Shown in pieces: positions 53,615 through 63,139 of a stretch of DNA of 64,000 nt. The notes below the pieces were generated by a model. It worked only from the letters and a program-made list of their open reading frames with translations, ran no database searches and was not told the DNA's origin. A program made the translations under genes and the position numbers. The DNA lies in contig CAXWPL010000002.1 in assembly GCA_963666215.2 (NCBI GenBank), positions 480,001 to 544,000 on the forward strand. Direction: 5' to 3'. The stretch comes from Acidobacteriota bacterium (GTDB lineage: Bacteria; Acidobacteriota; UBA890; WLXD01). Numbering within the stretch: the stretch's first letter is position 1; the number at the start of each line of letters is the position of its first letter.

Positions 53615-54536
53615 GCGACACGAATCCGGGCGGCCGATGATGAAAAGCGAGATCGACGTGGAAGTGACGACCGTCGGGGTGCAGCCCGCTGAGCCGCCCG
53701 AGCGCGGCCACGTGGGTGCCGATGTCATCGATGCTGATGCCCGCGCCGCCGGCGCCACCAGCACCGGTATCCATCCGACCGCTGTCATCGAGCCGGGCGC
53801 AGAGCTCGGCGTCGACGTCAGCGTTGGGCCCTACGCCATCATCCACGATGGGGCTCGGGTCGGCGACCGGTCGCGGATCGATGCGTACGCGGTGGTGGGG
53901 GAACACACGACGTTGGGGGCGGAGACGGTGCTCTTTTCGCATGCCTGCATCGGCACCGAGCCACAAGATCTCAAGTTCCAAGGCGAGCGGTCCATTCTGG
54001 AGTGTGGCGACCGCAACATTTTCCGCGAGTTCGTGACCGCCAACCGCGGCACCCGCGGTGGCGGCGGCGCTACCCGAATCGGTTCCGACAACCTGTTCAT
54101 GGCCTACACGCACGTCGCCCACGATTGTCAGATTGGCAACAAGTCGGTCTTTGTCAACGGAGCGACGTTGGGAGGCCATGTGGTGGTCGAAGATTGGGCC
54201 TTCATCGCCGCTTTTTCAGGCATTCAGCAGTTCTGTCGTATCGGGCAACATGCTTTCCTGGCGGCCTATTCAGGCGTGACCAAAGATGTTCCACCGTATG
54301 CCAGTGTGCAGGGGAACCACGTCCGAGTGACGGGACTCAACAGTGTCGGGCTCAAGCGTCGCGGCTTTTCCACGGACTCGATTCGCGATCTCAAGAAGGC
54401 GTTCAAGCTGCTTTTCCGAGACGGTCTCAACGTCTCGCAAGCACGGCTGGCGATCGCGGAGGCCGGATTGTCGAGCCCCGAGGTGGGTGGGCTGGTCCGC
54501 TTCATCGAAGAGAGTGAGCGTGGGATCGTCCGCTAG
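53601..54536 (+). CDS. lpxA: Acyl-ACP--UDP-GlcNAc(3N) acyltransferase
   Basis: IHPTAVI, PQDLKF, HVAHDC, GGHV, LN.VGLKRRG; long N-terminal extension, start uncertain. Confidence 0.94.
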   Translation: MRAPERHESGRPMMKSEIDVEVTTVGVQPAEPPERGHVGADVIDADARAAGATSTGIHPTAVIEPGAELGVDVSVGPYAIIHDGARVGDRSRIDAYAVVGEHTTLGAETVLFSHACIGTEPQDLKFQGERSILECGDRNIFREFVTANRGTRGGGGATRIGSDNLFMAYTHVAHDCQIGNKSVFVNGATLGGHVVVEDWAFIAAFSGIQQFCRIGQHAFLAAYSGVTKDVPPYASVQGNHVRVTGLNSVGLKRRGFSTDSIRDLKKAFKLLFRDGLNVSQARLAIAEAGLSSPEVGGLVRFIEESERGIVR

Positions 54537-54597
54537 CGCGGCCCCCGATGGGCCGATCGCGGCGGTGACGGCTGCCGATGAGGTGGGGGGGTCGGAA

Positions 54598-55509
54598 GTG
54601 AGCTCCGAGATTCCTCTCGCCCTCATCGCCGGGAGCACGCAGATGCCGCGTGTGGCGGCGCTGGAGGCCGCGCGCGCCGGCCGCACGGTCTGGGCCGCCG
54701 CCATCCGCGGGATCACCGATCCGGCGCTCGAGTCCGTTGTCGATCGGACGACCTGGCTTGATTGGGGCGATCTGCCTGGATTCTTCGCCCTCCTCGAAAG
54801 CTGGCGCGAAGCCGGCGTGACCGAGGCGGTCATGGCGGGGAAGGTGGAGCAGCGGCAGGTGTACGCTCCGGACTCGGTTGACGGCGAGCCGCCGGGCGCA
54901 GTCGGCGATGGCGCCTCGCAGGGTGGGGGAGGCAGCGCAATCGAAGCTGTCGTTGCGGGTCTGCCGAATGCTCACACCGACGAGCTGATCGGCGCCGTAG
55001 CCAACGTTCTCGAGGGCGCCGGAATCCGTCTCCTGAGCTCCATCGCGTACCTGGGCCAGTTCGTCGCCGCCGAGGGCGTCCTCAGCGCACGCCCACCGAC
55101 GGACGACGAAGAGCGGGATATCGAGCACGGCTGGCAGATCGCCAAACAACTCGGTGGCCTCGACATCGGCCAAACAGTGGTCGTCAAGTGGCGCGCGGTG
55201 GTGGCGGTCGAGGCCATGGAGGGCACCGATGCCTGCATTGCTCGCGCCGGCGCGTTGTGCGGTGTCGGCGCGGCGATCGTCAAGGTCGCCAAGCCGAATC
55301 AGGATTTGCGCTTTGACGTTCCGGTGGTTGGTCGCGGCACGATTGAAGCCATGTGCTCCGTTGGCGCCAGCGTTCTCGCCATCGAGGCTGGTGTGACCGT
55401 GCTCTTCGATCGCGACGAGCTTGTTGCCGACGCCAACGCCGCCGGCATCGCAGTCGTCGCAAGGGGGAACGCCGTGGGCGCCGGTGAGCGCGTGCCCAAC
55501 GCGACATGA
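54598..55509 (+). CDS. lpxI: UDP-2,3-diacylglucosamine hydrolase LpxI
   Basis: LIAG, VMAGK, DIGQTVVV, AVEAMEGTD, KP.QDLRFDVP.VG. Confidence 0.92.
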   Translation: MSSEIPLALIAGSTQMPRVAALEAARAGRTVWAAAIRGITDPALESVVDRTTWLDWGDLPGFFALLESWREAGVTEAVMAGKVEQRQVYAPDSVDGEPPGAVGDGASQGGGGSAIEAVVAGLPNAHTDELIGAVANVLEGAGIRLLSSIAYLGQFVAAEGVLSARPPTDDEERDIEHGWQIAKQLGGLDIGQTVVVKWRAVVAVEAMEGTDACIARAGALCGVGAAIVKVAKPNQDLRFDVPVVGRGTIEAMCSVGASVLAIEAGVTVLFDRDELVADANAAGIAVVARGNAVGAGERVPNAT

Positions 55510-56507
55510 CGAAGCCGGTTTCGGTCGGCGTCGTGGGCGTGGGTGCGATGGGTCGTCATCACGCCAGAGTGCTCGCGAGGCTCGTTCCGGGTGCCGTTCT
55601 CGCCGGGCTACACGACGCTGACGCGGAGCGCGCTGCCAGCGTTGCCGTCTCATCCGATTGCCCCGCTTTCGAGGGCCTCGACGAGTTGCTCGAGCGGGTC
55701 GATGCGGTGTGCGTTGCCGTACCGACGCTCGATCACCACGGAGTCGGCCAGCGGTGTTTGGAGGCTGGCTGCGACGTGCTCATGGAAAAACCGATCGCCG
55801 CCAGCCTGGAGCAGGCTGACGAGCTGATCGAGCTCGCGCGGCGCCACGACCGAGTTCTGCAAATTGGCCATATCGAGCGCTACAACCCGGCCGTCGAAGC
55901 GTTGCTCGAGCGCGCCACCGCGCCGGCTTTCATTGAAGTGCACCGACTCGGCTCATTCGTGGAGCGTAGCCTCGAGGTCGACGTCTTTGTCGACCTGATG
56001 ATCCATGACATCGACCTGATCCACGCCTTGGTCGACCGGCCTGTCATCGAGGTTCGCGCTGTAGGCGTGCCGGTGCTCTCGACCGAGATCGACATTGCCA
56101 ATGCCCGTCTCGAGCTCGAGGGGGGCTGCATCGTCAACCTCACTGCCAGCCGCGTCAGCGTTAACCGCATCCGTAAGCTGCGTGTGTTCCAGCCAGAGGC
56201 TTACTTCTCGATCGACTACAGCGAGCAGCAGGTCGCTCATTTTCGTCTTCAACGCGACGACGCCGGGATCGCCAGCATCGAGGCGGTTCCAGTGGCGGTC
56301 GACCGTGCGGAACCTCTGGTGCGGCAGATTGCTGATTTCGTCGAGTGTGTGGACGCGCGACGCCAACCCCGTGTCGACGGCATCACTGGGCGGCGGGCCC
56401 TCGCGACGGCGCTGCAGATTCGTCATGCGGCGGATCGTCGTGGCACCAACCTGGCCTCGATGATGACGGCTGAAAGACCGCTCTCAGGCGGTGGTGTCGT
56501 CGGCTAG
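55506..56507 (+). CDS. Gfo/Idh/MocA oxidoreductase (GnnA-like)
   Basis: GVGAMG, EKP, GHIERYNP, DLMIHDID, DIANARL, TASRVS; position after lpxA-lpxI. Confidence 0.85.
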   Translation: MTKPVSVGVVGVGAMGRHHARVLARLVPGAVLAGLHDADAERAASVAVSSDCPAFEGLDELLERVDAVCVAVPTLDHHGVGQRCLEAGCDVLMEKPIAASLEQADELIELARRHDRVLQIGHIERYNPAVEALLERATAPAFIEVHRLGSFVERSLEVDVFVDLMIHDIDLIHALVDRPVIEVRAVGVPVLSTEIDIANARLELEGGCIVNLTASRVSVNRIRKLRVFQPEAYFSIDYSEQQVAHFRLQRDDAGIASIEAVPVAVDRAEPLVRQIADFVECVDARRQPRVDGITGRRALATALQIRHAADRRGTNLASMMTAERPLSGGGVVG

Positions 56508-56560
56508 CGGGTCCCTGGTGGCATTGCTAAACTCCAGCGTTCCCGATTCCTCGAGGCCTG

Positions 56561-57715
56561 ATGAGCCAACCGAGCACCGCCTTTTCACCGAGTCCACAGC
56601 CGACCCTCGGCATCGAGGAGGAGTATCAGCTGTGCGATCCGGAAACCGGGGCGTTGATGCCCGCCGCCAATCGGCTGATCGAGTCGGCGCCTGAGGATCT
56701 GCGGCGTGTCCTGAGTTACGATCTGATTCAGGGCCTCATCGAGGTCAACAGTGGGGTCTCGGGGTCCGTTGCCGATGGTATGGCCGATATTGCCGGACGC
56801 CGACGCGAGGTTCAGGCTCTGGCCGAGGCGCACGGCTTGACCTTGGGGATCACCGGCACTCATCCGTTTGCCGATCCCGACAAGACCGAGTTCGTGAAGA
56901 CCGATGCGTACCGGTGGGTGCGCAACCAGCTGCACTATGTGGCACGGCGAAACATCACGTTCGGCATGCATGTCCATGTTGGTGTCGACGATGCCGAACG
57001 CGCCATCTACGTCGCCAATCGCCTGCGTGCGTGGATTGGGCCGCTGATCGCGCTGGCAGCAAACTCGCCGTTTCTCGACGATCGCGACACGGGTTGGGAC
57101 TCGGCACGCTCCTTCGCATTCGGGATGTTTCCGCGCTCCGGGGTTCCGCCCCGGCTCGAGAGCTGGGAACACTACGAGAGTACGATTGCGGCGCTGCAGC
57201 GAGCGCAGAGCATCGAGTCCGCGCGGCACATCTGGTGGAACGTTCGTGCCCACCCCAGCTACGGCACGGTGGAAATGCGCGCCTGTGACGTGCAGACGTC
57301 GTTGCGCAGCACAGCCGCGATTGTCGCGGTGACACAGGCTCTGGTGGTGGCCTACGCCAATCGTCATCGTGCGGGCGAAGCAGAGCCGCGCTTGGCGCGC
57401 GCGTATCTGGAGGACGGTCGCTTCAAGGGGATGCGCTTCGGTCTCGATGCCGATGTTGTTGATCCGGAGATCGACGAAGTGCTGCCGATGCGCGATTACG
57501 TCCGCCGCATGCTCCTTGTTGCCGGCGAAGCCGCCGCTTCGCTTGGCACCGAGGCGTACCTCGATCCCATCACCGAGATTCTCGAGAAGGGAAACGGCGC
57601 CGCGCAGCAGCGCCGCATGGCCGACTCGGAAGGCGGCGATCTGCGCGCCGTGCACCTCCGGCTATTGGAGGCGGCGCGGGCGGAGATCGCCGGGCCGGAT
57701 CTGCCGGGCTTGTAA
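56561..57715 (+). CDS. YbdK-family carboxylate-amine ligase (GCS2)
   Basis: TLGIEEEYQL, GTHPF, FGMHVHVG, ANSPF, WW.VR.HP.YGTVEMR.CD. Confidence 0.92.
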   Translation: MSQPSTAFSPSPQPTLGIEEEYQLCDPETGALMPAANRLIESAPEDLRRVLSYDLIQGLIEVNSGVSGSVADGMADIAGRRREVQALAEAHGLTLGITGTHPFADPDKTEFVKTDAYRWVRNQLHYVARRNITFGMHVHVGVDDAERAIYVANRLRAWIGPLIALAANSPFLDDRDTGWDSARSFAFGMFPRSGVPPRLESWEHYESTIAALQRAQSIESARHIWWNVRAHPSYGTVEMRACDVQTSLRSTAAIVAVTQALVVAYANRHRAGEAEPRLARAYLEDGRFKGMRFGLDADVVDPEIDEVLPMRDYVRRMLLVAGEAAASLGTEAYLDPITEILEKGNGAAQQRRMADSEGGDLRAVHLRLLEAARAEIAGPDLPGL

Positions 57716-57719
57716 CCCG

Positions 57720-58715
57720 GTGCTGCACGTGCGCGTGCTCGGGGCCGGCAGCGGGTTGCCGAGCGCGACGCGCGACACCAGCGGCCTGTGGATCGAAGCG
57801 GTCGACGCCGACACGCCACGGGCCGAGGTGAGGCGCGCGTCAGTGCAGCCAGAAGGCGCGGCCGCAACCGACCGCGGGCCTTGGACGGCTGCGACGCGTC
57901 GGACAATAGGGCCGCCGGCTACTCCGGTGCCTGTCCCCACCGCGTCCGCCAGAGGCGCCGGCGTGCTGATCGATTGCCCCGGGTCCGTGGTCCACAAACT
58001 CGCAACGTTCGGTGTGCCACTTGCCGCCGTCCGCCTCGTGATCCTGACGCACGATCACGTTGATCATGTTTATGGCCTACCGCATCTACTCCACGCGCGG
58101 GCGATCGCTGAGCAGATAGATCAGCTGGATATCTTCGGCCCACGCCAGACCCTCGACACGGTGAGAGCCATGATCGCCGTGCATGGGCTCGAGGGACCGC
58201 GCTATGGCCCGGTGGCGCTCCATATCGTGCCGCCCGAGTCAGGGCATTCCGTCGATCTCGATCTCGGTCGAAATCAGGATGCGTTGCGAGCAGACGTCAC
58301 GTCTGCGCTGAGCATCCGCTCGACACCCGCCGACCACGCGCGCGAAACGCTGGCGCTGCGCGTCGACGAGCGCGTCGCTCGCGCAGCGACTGGCAGCGGC
58401 GCGCGGCCGCCGAGCTTCGGCCTCTCCTCCGACACGAGGCCGAGCTCTGCAATCGCCGAGCTGTGTCGTGGCGTTGATCTACTGCTGCACGACTGCGGCG
58501 GGCTGCATTCCGAGCTGTCGGAGCTGGAAGCGCCGCACTCGAGCGCGCGGCAGGCGGGGGAAGTGGCTCGTCTGGCGGAGGCTCGAGAACTGGCCCTGGG
58601 GCACCTCTCGCCGTGCACCGACCAGCAAAGTGAGCTGTGGTTGGCCGAGGCCGCTAACACCTTTCGCGGGCCGGTGAGACTGGCCAGCGATGGCGACCTC
58701 TACGAGCTGCGATAA
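57720..58715 (+). CDS. Metallo-beta-lactamase fold protein, RNase Z-like
   Basis: LGAGSG.P...R, LIDC, THDHVDH, SDT, LLHDC, HSS, LGHLS, ASDG. Confidence 0.85.
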   Translation: MLHVRVLGAGSGLPSATRDTSGLWIEAVDADTPRAEVRRASVQPEGAAATDRGPWTAATRRTIGPPATPVPVPTASARGAGVLIDCPGSVVHKLATFGVPLAAVRLVILTHDHVDHVYGLPHLLHARAIAEQIDQLDIFGPRQTLDTVRAMIAVHGLEGPRYGPVALHIVPPESGHSVDLDLGRNQDALRADVTSALSIRSTPADHARETLALRVDERVARAATGSGARPPSFGLSSDTRPSSAIAELCRGVDLLLHDCGGLHSELSELEAPHSSARQAGEVARLAEARELALGHLSPCTDQQSELWLAEAANTFRGPVRLASDGDLYELR

Positions 58716-58807
58716 GCTCTGTCGGCGACGATGATCGCCTGCGTCCAGGGCAGCGGGTAGAAAGAGGTACGCTTGACGCCCCAAGAGGCCACCGTAGCGG
58801 CGGATCC

Positions 58808-59428
58808 ATGGAGCTAGACGAAGTACAAAAGGCCTACTCGCGTTGGGCCAAGGTCTACGACTTGGTTTTCGGCCCGCTGTTCGTGCGCGCTCGAAAGCGC
58901 GCGATCGCTCTGCTCGAGCAGCCGGCAGGTGCTCGTATTCTCGAAGTTGGCGTCGGCACAGGGCTTTCGCTGGCGCAATTCCCAAGGGGCCATAGGGTTG
59001 TCGGCCTGGACATCTCGCGGCCGATGTTGAAGCGCGCGCTGGGTCGGGTTGGACACGGGTGCATGGGCCTGGTCGAAGGGGACGCAGCGCAGCTTCCCTT
59101 TCCCGATGGCGGCTTCGACGCCGTGCTGGCTACCTTCGTCGTCTCCGCTGTTCCCGATTCCATCAGCACGCTTGCCGAAATGCGTCGGGTGACGCTTCCC
59201 GGTGGGCCCATCGTGCTGCTCAATCACTTCACCTCCAATCGCAAAGCGATCGCGGCCGGGGAGCGGGCGCTGAGCAAGACAACCGAGAAGTTGCTCGGTT
59301 TTCACGCTGACTTCCCGCTGGAACCTCTGATCGCGCGCACCGGGCTGCAGGTGGAGAGCGTGGAGTCGGTGCCGCCACTCGGCTACTGGAAAGCGCTACG
59401 CTGTGTGACCCGCGAGGTTGGTGGGTGA
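58808..59428 (+). CDS. Class I SAM methyltransferase, PmtA-like phospholipid N-methyltransferase
   Basis: AYSRWA.VYDLVFG, LEVGVGTGLSL, DA..L.FPD..FD, VVSAVPD, LNHF. Confidence 0.8.
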   Translation: MELDEVQKAYSRWAKVYDLVFGPLFVRARKRAIALLEQPAGARILEVGVGTGLSLAQFPRGHRVVGLDISRPMLKRALGRVGHGCMGLVEGDAAQLPFPDGGFDAVLATFVVSAVPDSISTLAEMRRVTLPGGPIVLLNHFTSNRKAIAAGERALSKTTEKLLGFHADFPLEPLIARTGLQVESVESVPPLGYWKALRCVTREVGG

Positions 59429-59453
59429 CCGGACGGACGCGCTCAGTCGGAAG

Positions 59454-60602
59454 ATGACGGCCTGGATCGAGGCCAGCGCGCCGCTGCGTGTTGACCTGGC
59501 TGGTGGCACCCTTGATCTGTGGCCGCTCTACCTTCTGCATCCGGGCGCATCGACAGTGAACGTCGCGCTGCAGCTGCGAGCGCGCGCACGCTACGAGCCC
59601 GCGTCTGCGTCGACCTCGACCTCGAATGACTCGGGACAGAAGTGGCACCTGATATCCGAGGATCGCAACGTAGCGACCACGCTGACTCCCGCCCAGGTTC
59701 GTAGCGACTCGCTGGAGTCCGGCGACCCCTTCGCGCTGACCCGGGCGGCAATTCGGCACTTCGGCCCCGTCCGCCCGGGCACCTTGACGACACGAGTCGA
59801 TGGTCCGCCCGGAGGCGGCATCAGCGGCTCGTCGGCGTTGATGATCGCTCTCTGCGGCGTTCTCGAGCGTCTTCCAGGCGAATCGAGGCGAGCCACGGCG
59901 GCTGCTCGATCGACGAGCTTCGCCACCCGGCGCGCGCATCGCGAACAGCTCGTGCCGCTGGCTCGCGATCTCGAATGCCGGGTCTTGGGCTACCCGGCGG
60001 GCATCCAGGATTACTACCCGGCATTGTTCGGGGGAGTGCAACAGCTGCGCTACCTACCCGGCCGCATCGAGCGGCATCGTCTCGATAGGGTGAGTGCCGG
60101 CGGGCTAGGTGTTCGGAATCCGTCCGACGGGATCGATCGACAGCAGCTGCAGAGTCGGCTGTTGCTCGCGTTCGGCGGCCGTCCGCATCGTTCCTGGCCG
60201 TCGAACTGGAGCTTGTTTCGCCGCCGCATCGAGGGTGACTCAGCCTGCCAGGCTGGTTTCGACAAGATCTCGCACGCCGCGGCCCGCGCCGCCAAGGCGC
60301 TGCGCAATGGGGGCCGCGGGCGATTCGCCGATCTGGCCGCCGCGATGCGGGCTGACTGGGAAGCGCGGAAGCAGATGGATCATCGTCTCGCACCGAACGA
60401 GCTTCTACGTCTGGAGAAGGTCGGCGTGGAGGCGGGGGCATGGGCCGCGAAAGGATGCGGGGCCGCGGCGGGCGGCTGCATGCTCTTTCTTTTGAAGCGC
60501 GCGACCGACCGCGACAGAGTTCAGCGTGCGTTGACCGCGGCCGGTGCGAGCATGGTGCCGATGACGATCGCCGCCAGTGGTCTGAGAGTCCGCTCGGGAT
60601 GA
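59454..60602 (+). CDS. GHMP-family sugar kinase (HddA-like)
   Basis: APLRVDLAGGTLD, PPGGGISGSSA, G.QDYY, AKGCGAAAGGC. Confidence 0.85.
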   Translation: MTAWIEASAPLRVDLAGGTLDLWPLYLLHPGASTVNVALQLRARARYEPASASTSTSNDSGQKWHLISEDRNVATTLTPAQVRSDSLESGDPFALTRAAIRHFGPVRPGTLTTRVDGPPGGGISGSSALMIALCGVLERLPGESRRATAAARSTSFATRRAHREQLVPLARDLECRVLGYPAGIQDYYPALFGGVQQLRYLPGRIERHRLDRVSAGGLGVRNPSDGIDRQQLQSRLLLAFGGRPHRSWPSNWSLFRRRIEGDSACQAGFDKISHAAARAAKALRNGGRGRFADLAAAMRADWEARKQMDHRLAPNELLRLEKVGVEAGAWAAKGCGAAAGGCMLFLLKRATDRDRVQRALTAAGASMVPMTIAASGLRVRSG

Positions 60603-61570
60603 TCGACTGGGGGGTTATTCCTACCGCCGGGCAAGGTCAGCGGATGGCACCGGCCTCGACCGCCGTCCCCAAGACGCTGTTGCCCGTCGGGCTGCGCCCG
60701 ATGCTGCACTGGACGCTCATGGAAGCGGCCGAGAGCGGGCTCAAGGCACTCGCCATCGTGATCGCGCCGGGAGATGTGCTGGTGCGTGCGTACATCGACG
60801 CCGCGCACGCCGCCGGCCGTGTCCTCTCGACCGACACGACAGGCACCAGCCCACCATTTCTGACTGCTGTCAGGGGGGCTGGCGCGAACAGGAAAGAGGC
60901 CCATCCAGATCATTTCGACGCCAACGCCCTGGTTGATCTCGGTCGCCTGCTGGCGGATATCGAGATTCACTGGGTGGAGCAGCCCCGACCGACTGGCATC
61001 GGTGACGCCTTCGTTCGCTGCCGCCATCTCACCGGCGGCAGCCCTTTTGCGGTGCTGCTCCCGGACAACTGGTTCGACATCTCGACCGGTGACGACTCCT
61101 TGCCGGCGATCGCGCAGGTCTATCGTGGCTTCGAGCTCACGGGGATGTGCTCGCTCGGGCTCACCTGGGTCGATCCTGGCGAGCGAGCTCTATTCGGCAA
61201 CGTCGGTGGCGTGGAGCTCGCCGCGATCTCGAAACGCACGCACCGCGTGCTCAGCTTGCAGAACAAGGAAACCGGGGCGTTCGGCGGCGACGACCGTCGG
61301 GTGCTACGCGGCTGTGGGCGCTACGTGGTCGACGACAGATTCTACGAGGCGCTGGAGGCGACACGCGGCCAGCCTGATGGCACCGCTTCGAGCGGCGGCG
61401 CGCCAAGCGAATGGGATGACGTTCCGGCCTTCCAGCGTTTGATCGCCACGGCTGGTCTCGCCGGTCGTGAGATCCAGGGGCGTCACTACGATGTCGGCCG
61501 GCCGGCCGGCTACCTCGCCGCGGCCGCTCATCTCTATGAGCAGCTCGAGGGCGTCGCGCGCATCCCGTAG
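60599..61570 (+). CDS. GalU-like sugar-1-phosphate nucleotidyltransferase
   Basis: VIP.AG.G.RM.P...PK.LLP, Q..P.GIGDA, FAVLLPD, GRYV, YDVG...GY. Confidence 0.85.
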   Translation: MIDWGVIPTAGQGQRMAPASTAVPKTLLPVGLRPMLHWTLMEAAESGLKALAIVIAPGDVLVRAYIDAAHAAGRVLSTDTTGTSPPFLTAVRGAGANRKEAHPDHFDANALVDLGRLLADIEIHWVEQPRPTGIGDAFVRCRHLTGGSPFAVLLPDNWFDISTGDDSLPAIAQVYRGFELTGMCSLGLTWVDPGERALFGNVGGVELAAISKRTHRVLSLQNKETGAFGGDDRRVLRGCGRYVVDDRFYEALEATRGQPDGTASSGGAPSEWDDVPAFQRLIATAGLAGREIQGRHYDVGRPAGYLAAAAHLYEQLEGVARIP

Positions 61571-61626
61571 AGGGCACTAAGATTGACAGTGCTCGCGCGC
61601 CTCCTTCACCTGAAGACCGCTATCGA

Positions 61627-62100
61627 ATGAGAGTGATGGCTCTGGACATCGGGGAGCGTCGCATCGGTGTCGCACTGTCGGACCCCACAGCCTTTCTGGC
61701 GCGTCCTTTCGGCACGCTGCCTGGGGGAGGTGGTGCGCGCTCGCTGGCCAAGCGCCTGCGGCCGATCATCGCTGAGGAGGATGTCGGTCAACTTGTCGTT
61801 GGCCTGCCACTGCGCATGTCGGGCGAGCGCGGCCCCGAGGCATTGAGCATCGAGAAGCTCGTCGCCGATCTGAAGAGAATGCTCGACATTCCGATCGTCC
61901 TTTCGGACGAACGGTTGACGACGGTCGAGGCCACTCGTCACATGATCGAGTCGGGCACGCGACGGTCGAAGCGGCGCCAAAACGTCGACCGCGTCGCGGC
62001 CGCGGTCATCCTGCAAGCGTACCTCGACCATGAACGGGGCTCGGAAACGATGCAAACCGCGACTCGTCCCGCGGTGGGCGACGCCGACGGGGACCGCTGA
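61627..62100 (+). CDS. ruvX: YqgF/RuvX pre-16S rRNA nuclease
   Basis: ALDIGERRIGVALSD, VVGLP, DERLTT, D..AA..ILQ.YLD. Confidence 0.95.
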   Translation: MRVMALDIGERRIGVALSDPTAFLARPFGTLPGGGGARSLAKRLRPIIAEEDVGQLVVGLPLRMSGERGPEALSIEKLVADLKRMLDIPIVLSDERLTTVEATRHMIESGTRRSKRRQNVDRVAAAVILQAYLDHERGSETMQTATRPAVGDADGDR

Positions 62101-62104
62101 TCTG

Positions 62105-63133
62105 ATGCGGCGTCTCCTCGTTGCCGGTCTGGTGCTGGCCCTCACTCTCGCTGCCGCAGGGGCGGGATCCGGTGCCTGGTTTCGGCGTCAGGTGGACGCT
62201 CCGTTTCCAGCCGACGGGGTGACGGGCGCCGCGCCGCGCGTTCTGGTCGTAGAGGCCGGGGCCTCGGCGAGCACTGTTGCTGCTCAACTGGAGAGCTCGG
62301 GGATCATCTCGTCGGCGCGTTTGTTCGGCCTCTGGCTGCGATGGCGAGGCGAAGCCGCAGCTTTGCAGGCGGGCGAATACGCGTTCGACGGAGATCCATC
62401 CATGGCTCAGGTCGCGACGATTCTGGTGTCGGGGCGAGTGCGATTGCAGTCCGTGACGATCCGCGAAGGGATCGCGCGATGGGAAGTTGCCGAGGCTCTG
62501 GTTGAGGCCGGCTTCGGGCCGGCCGACGAGGCGCTCGCCGCCACCGAGCGTGGGGAGCTGATCGCTGATCTCGACGAAGTTGCGGCGCTAGAGGGCTCGC
62601 TCGAAGGTTATCTCTATCCCGATACCTATCTGGCACCCAGGAGCGCCACACCCGCCGACCTCGTTGCCGAGATGGTGGGCCGGGTGCGCGCTCTTTGGAC
62701 CCCCGCGCGCCAGGCTCGCGCCGCCGAGCTCGAGATGACGCTGCGAGAGGTCATCACGCTCGCCTCGATGGTGGAGGCCGAGGCGCAGCTGGCAGCGGAG
62801 CGACCGCTGATCGCGGCAGTTTTCCATCGTCGCATCGAGCGTTCGATGTTGCTGCAATGCGATCCGACAGTGCTCTACGCACGGTGGCTTGCCGGCAAGG
62901 GCGGGCGAGTGATTCATCGGTCCGATCTCGAGCGCGACTCACCGTACAATACGTACCGCTACCCGGGGCTGCCGGCGGGTCCAATCGGCAACCCGCGGGA
63001 GGCGAGTATCGACGCGGTGCTGTATCCGGCCGACGCCGACAATCTGTACTTTGTGGCCCGCAACGACGGGTCGCACGTCTTCTCGCGCTCGCTCGTCGAG
63101 CACAACCGTAACGTCAACCTCTACCAGCGCTGA
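62105..63133 (+). CDS. mltG: Endolytic transglycosylase MltG
   Basis: LQAGEY, TIREG, EGYLYPDTY, ASMVE.E, LQCDPT, SPYNTY...GLP.GPI.NP. Confidence 0.95.
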   Translation: MRRLLVAGLVLALTLAAAGAGSGAWFRRQVDAPFPADGVTGAAPRVLVVEAGASASTVAAQLESSGIISSARLFGLWLRWRGEAAALQAGEYAFDGDPSMAQVATILVSGRVRLQSVTIREGIARWEVAEALVEAGFGPADEALAATERGELIADLDEVAALEGSLEGYLYPDTYLAPRSATPADLVAEMVGRVRALWTPARQARAAELEMTLREVITLASMVEAEAQLAAERPLIAAVFHRRIERSMLLQCDPTVLYARWLAGKGGRVIHRSDLERDSPYNTYRYPGLPAGPIGNPREASIDAVLYPADADNLYFVARNDGSHVFSRSLVEHNRNVNLYQR

Positions 63134-63139
63134 CAGCCA

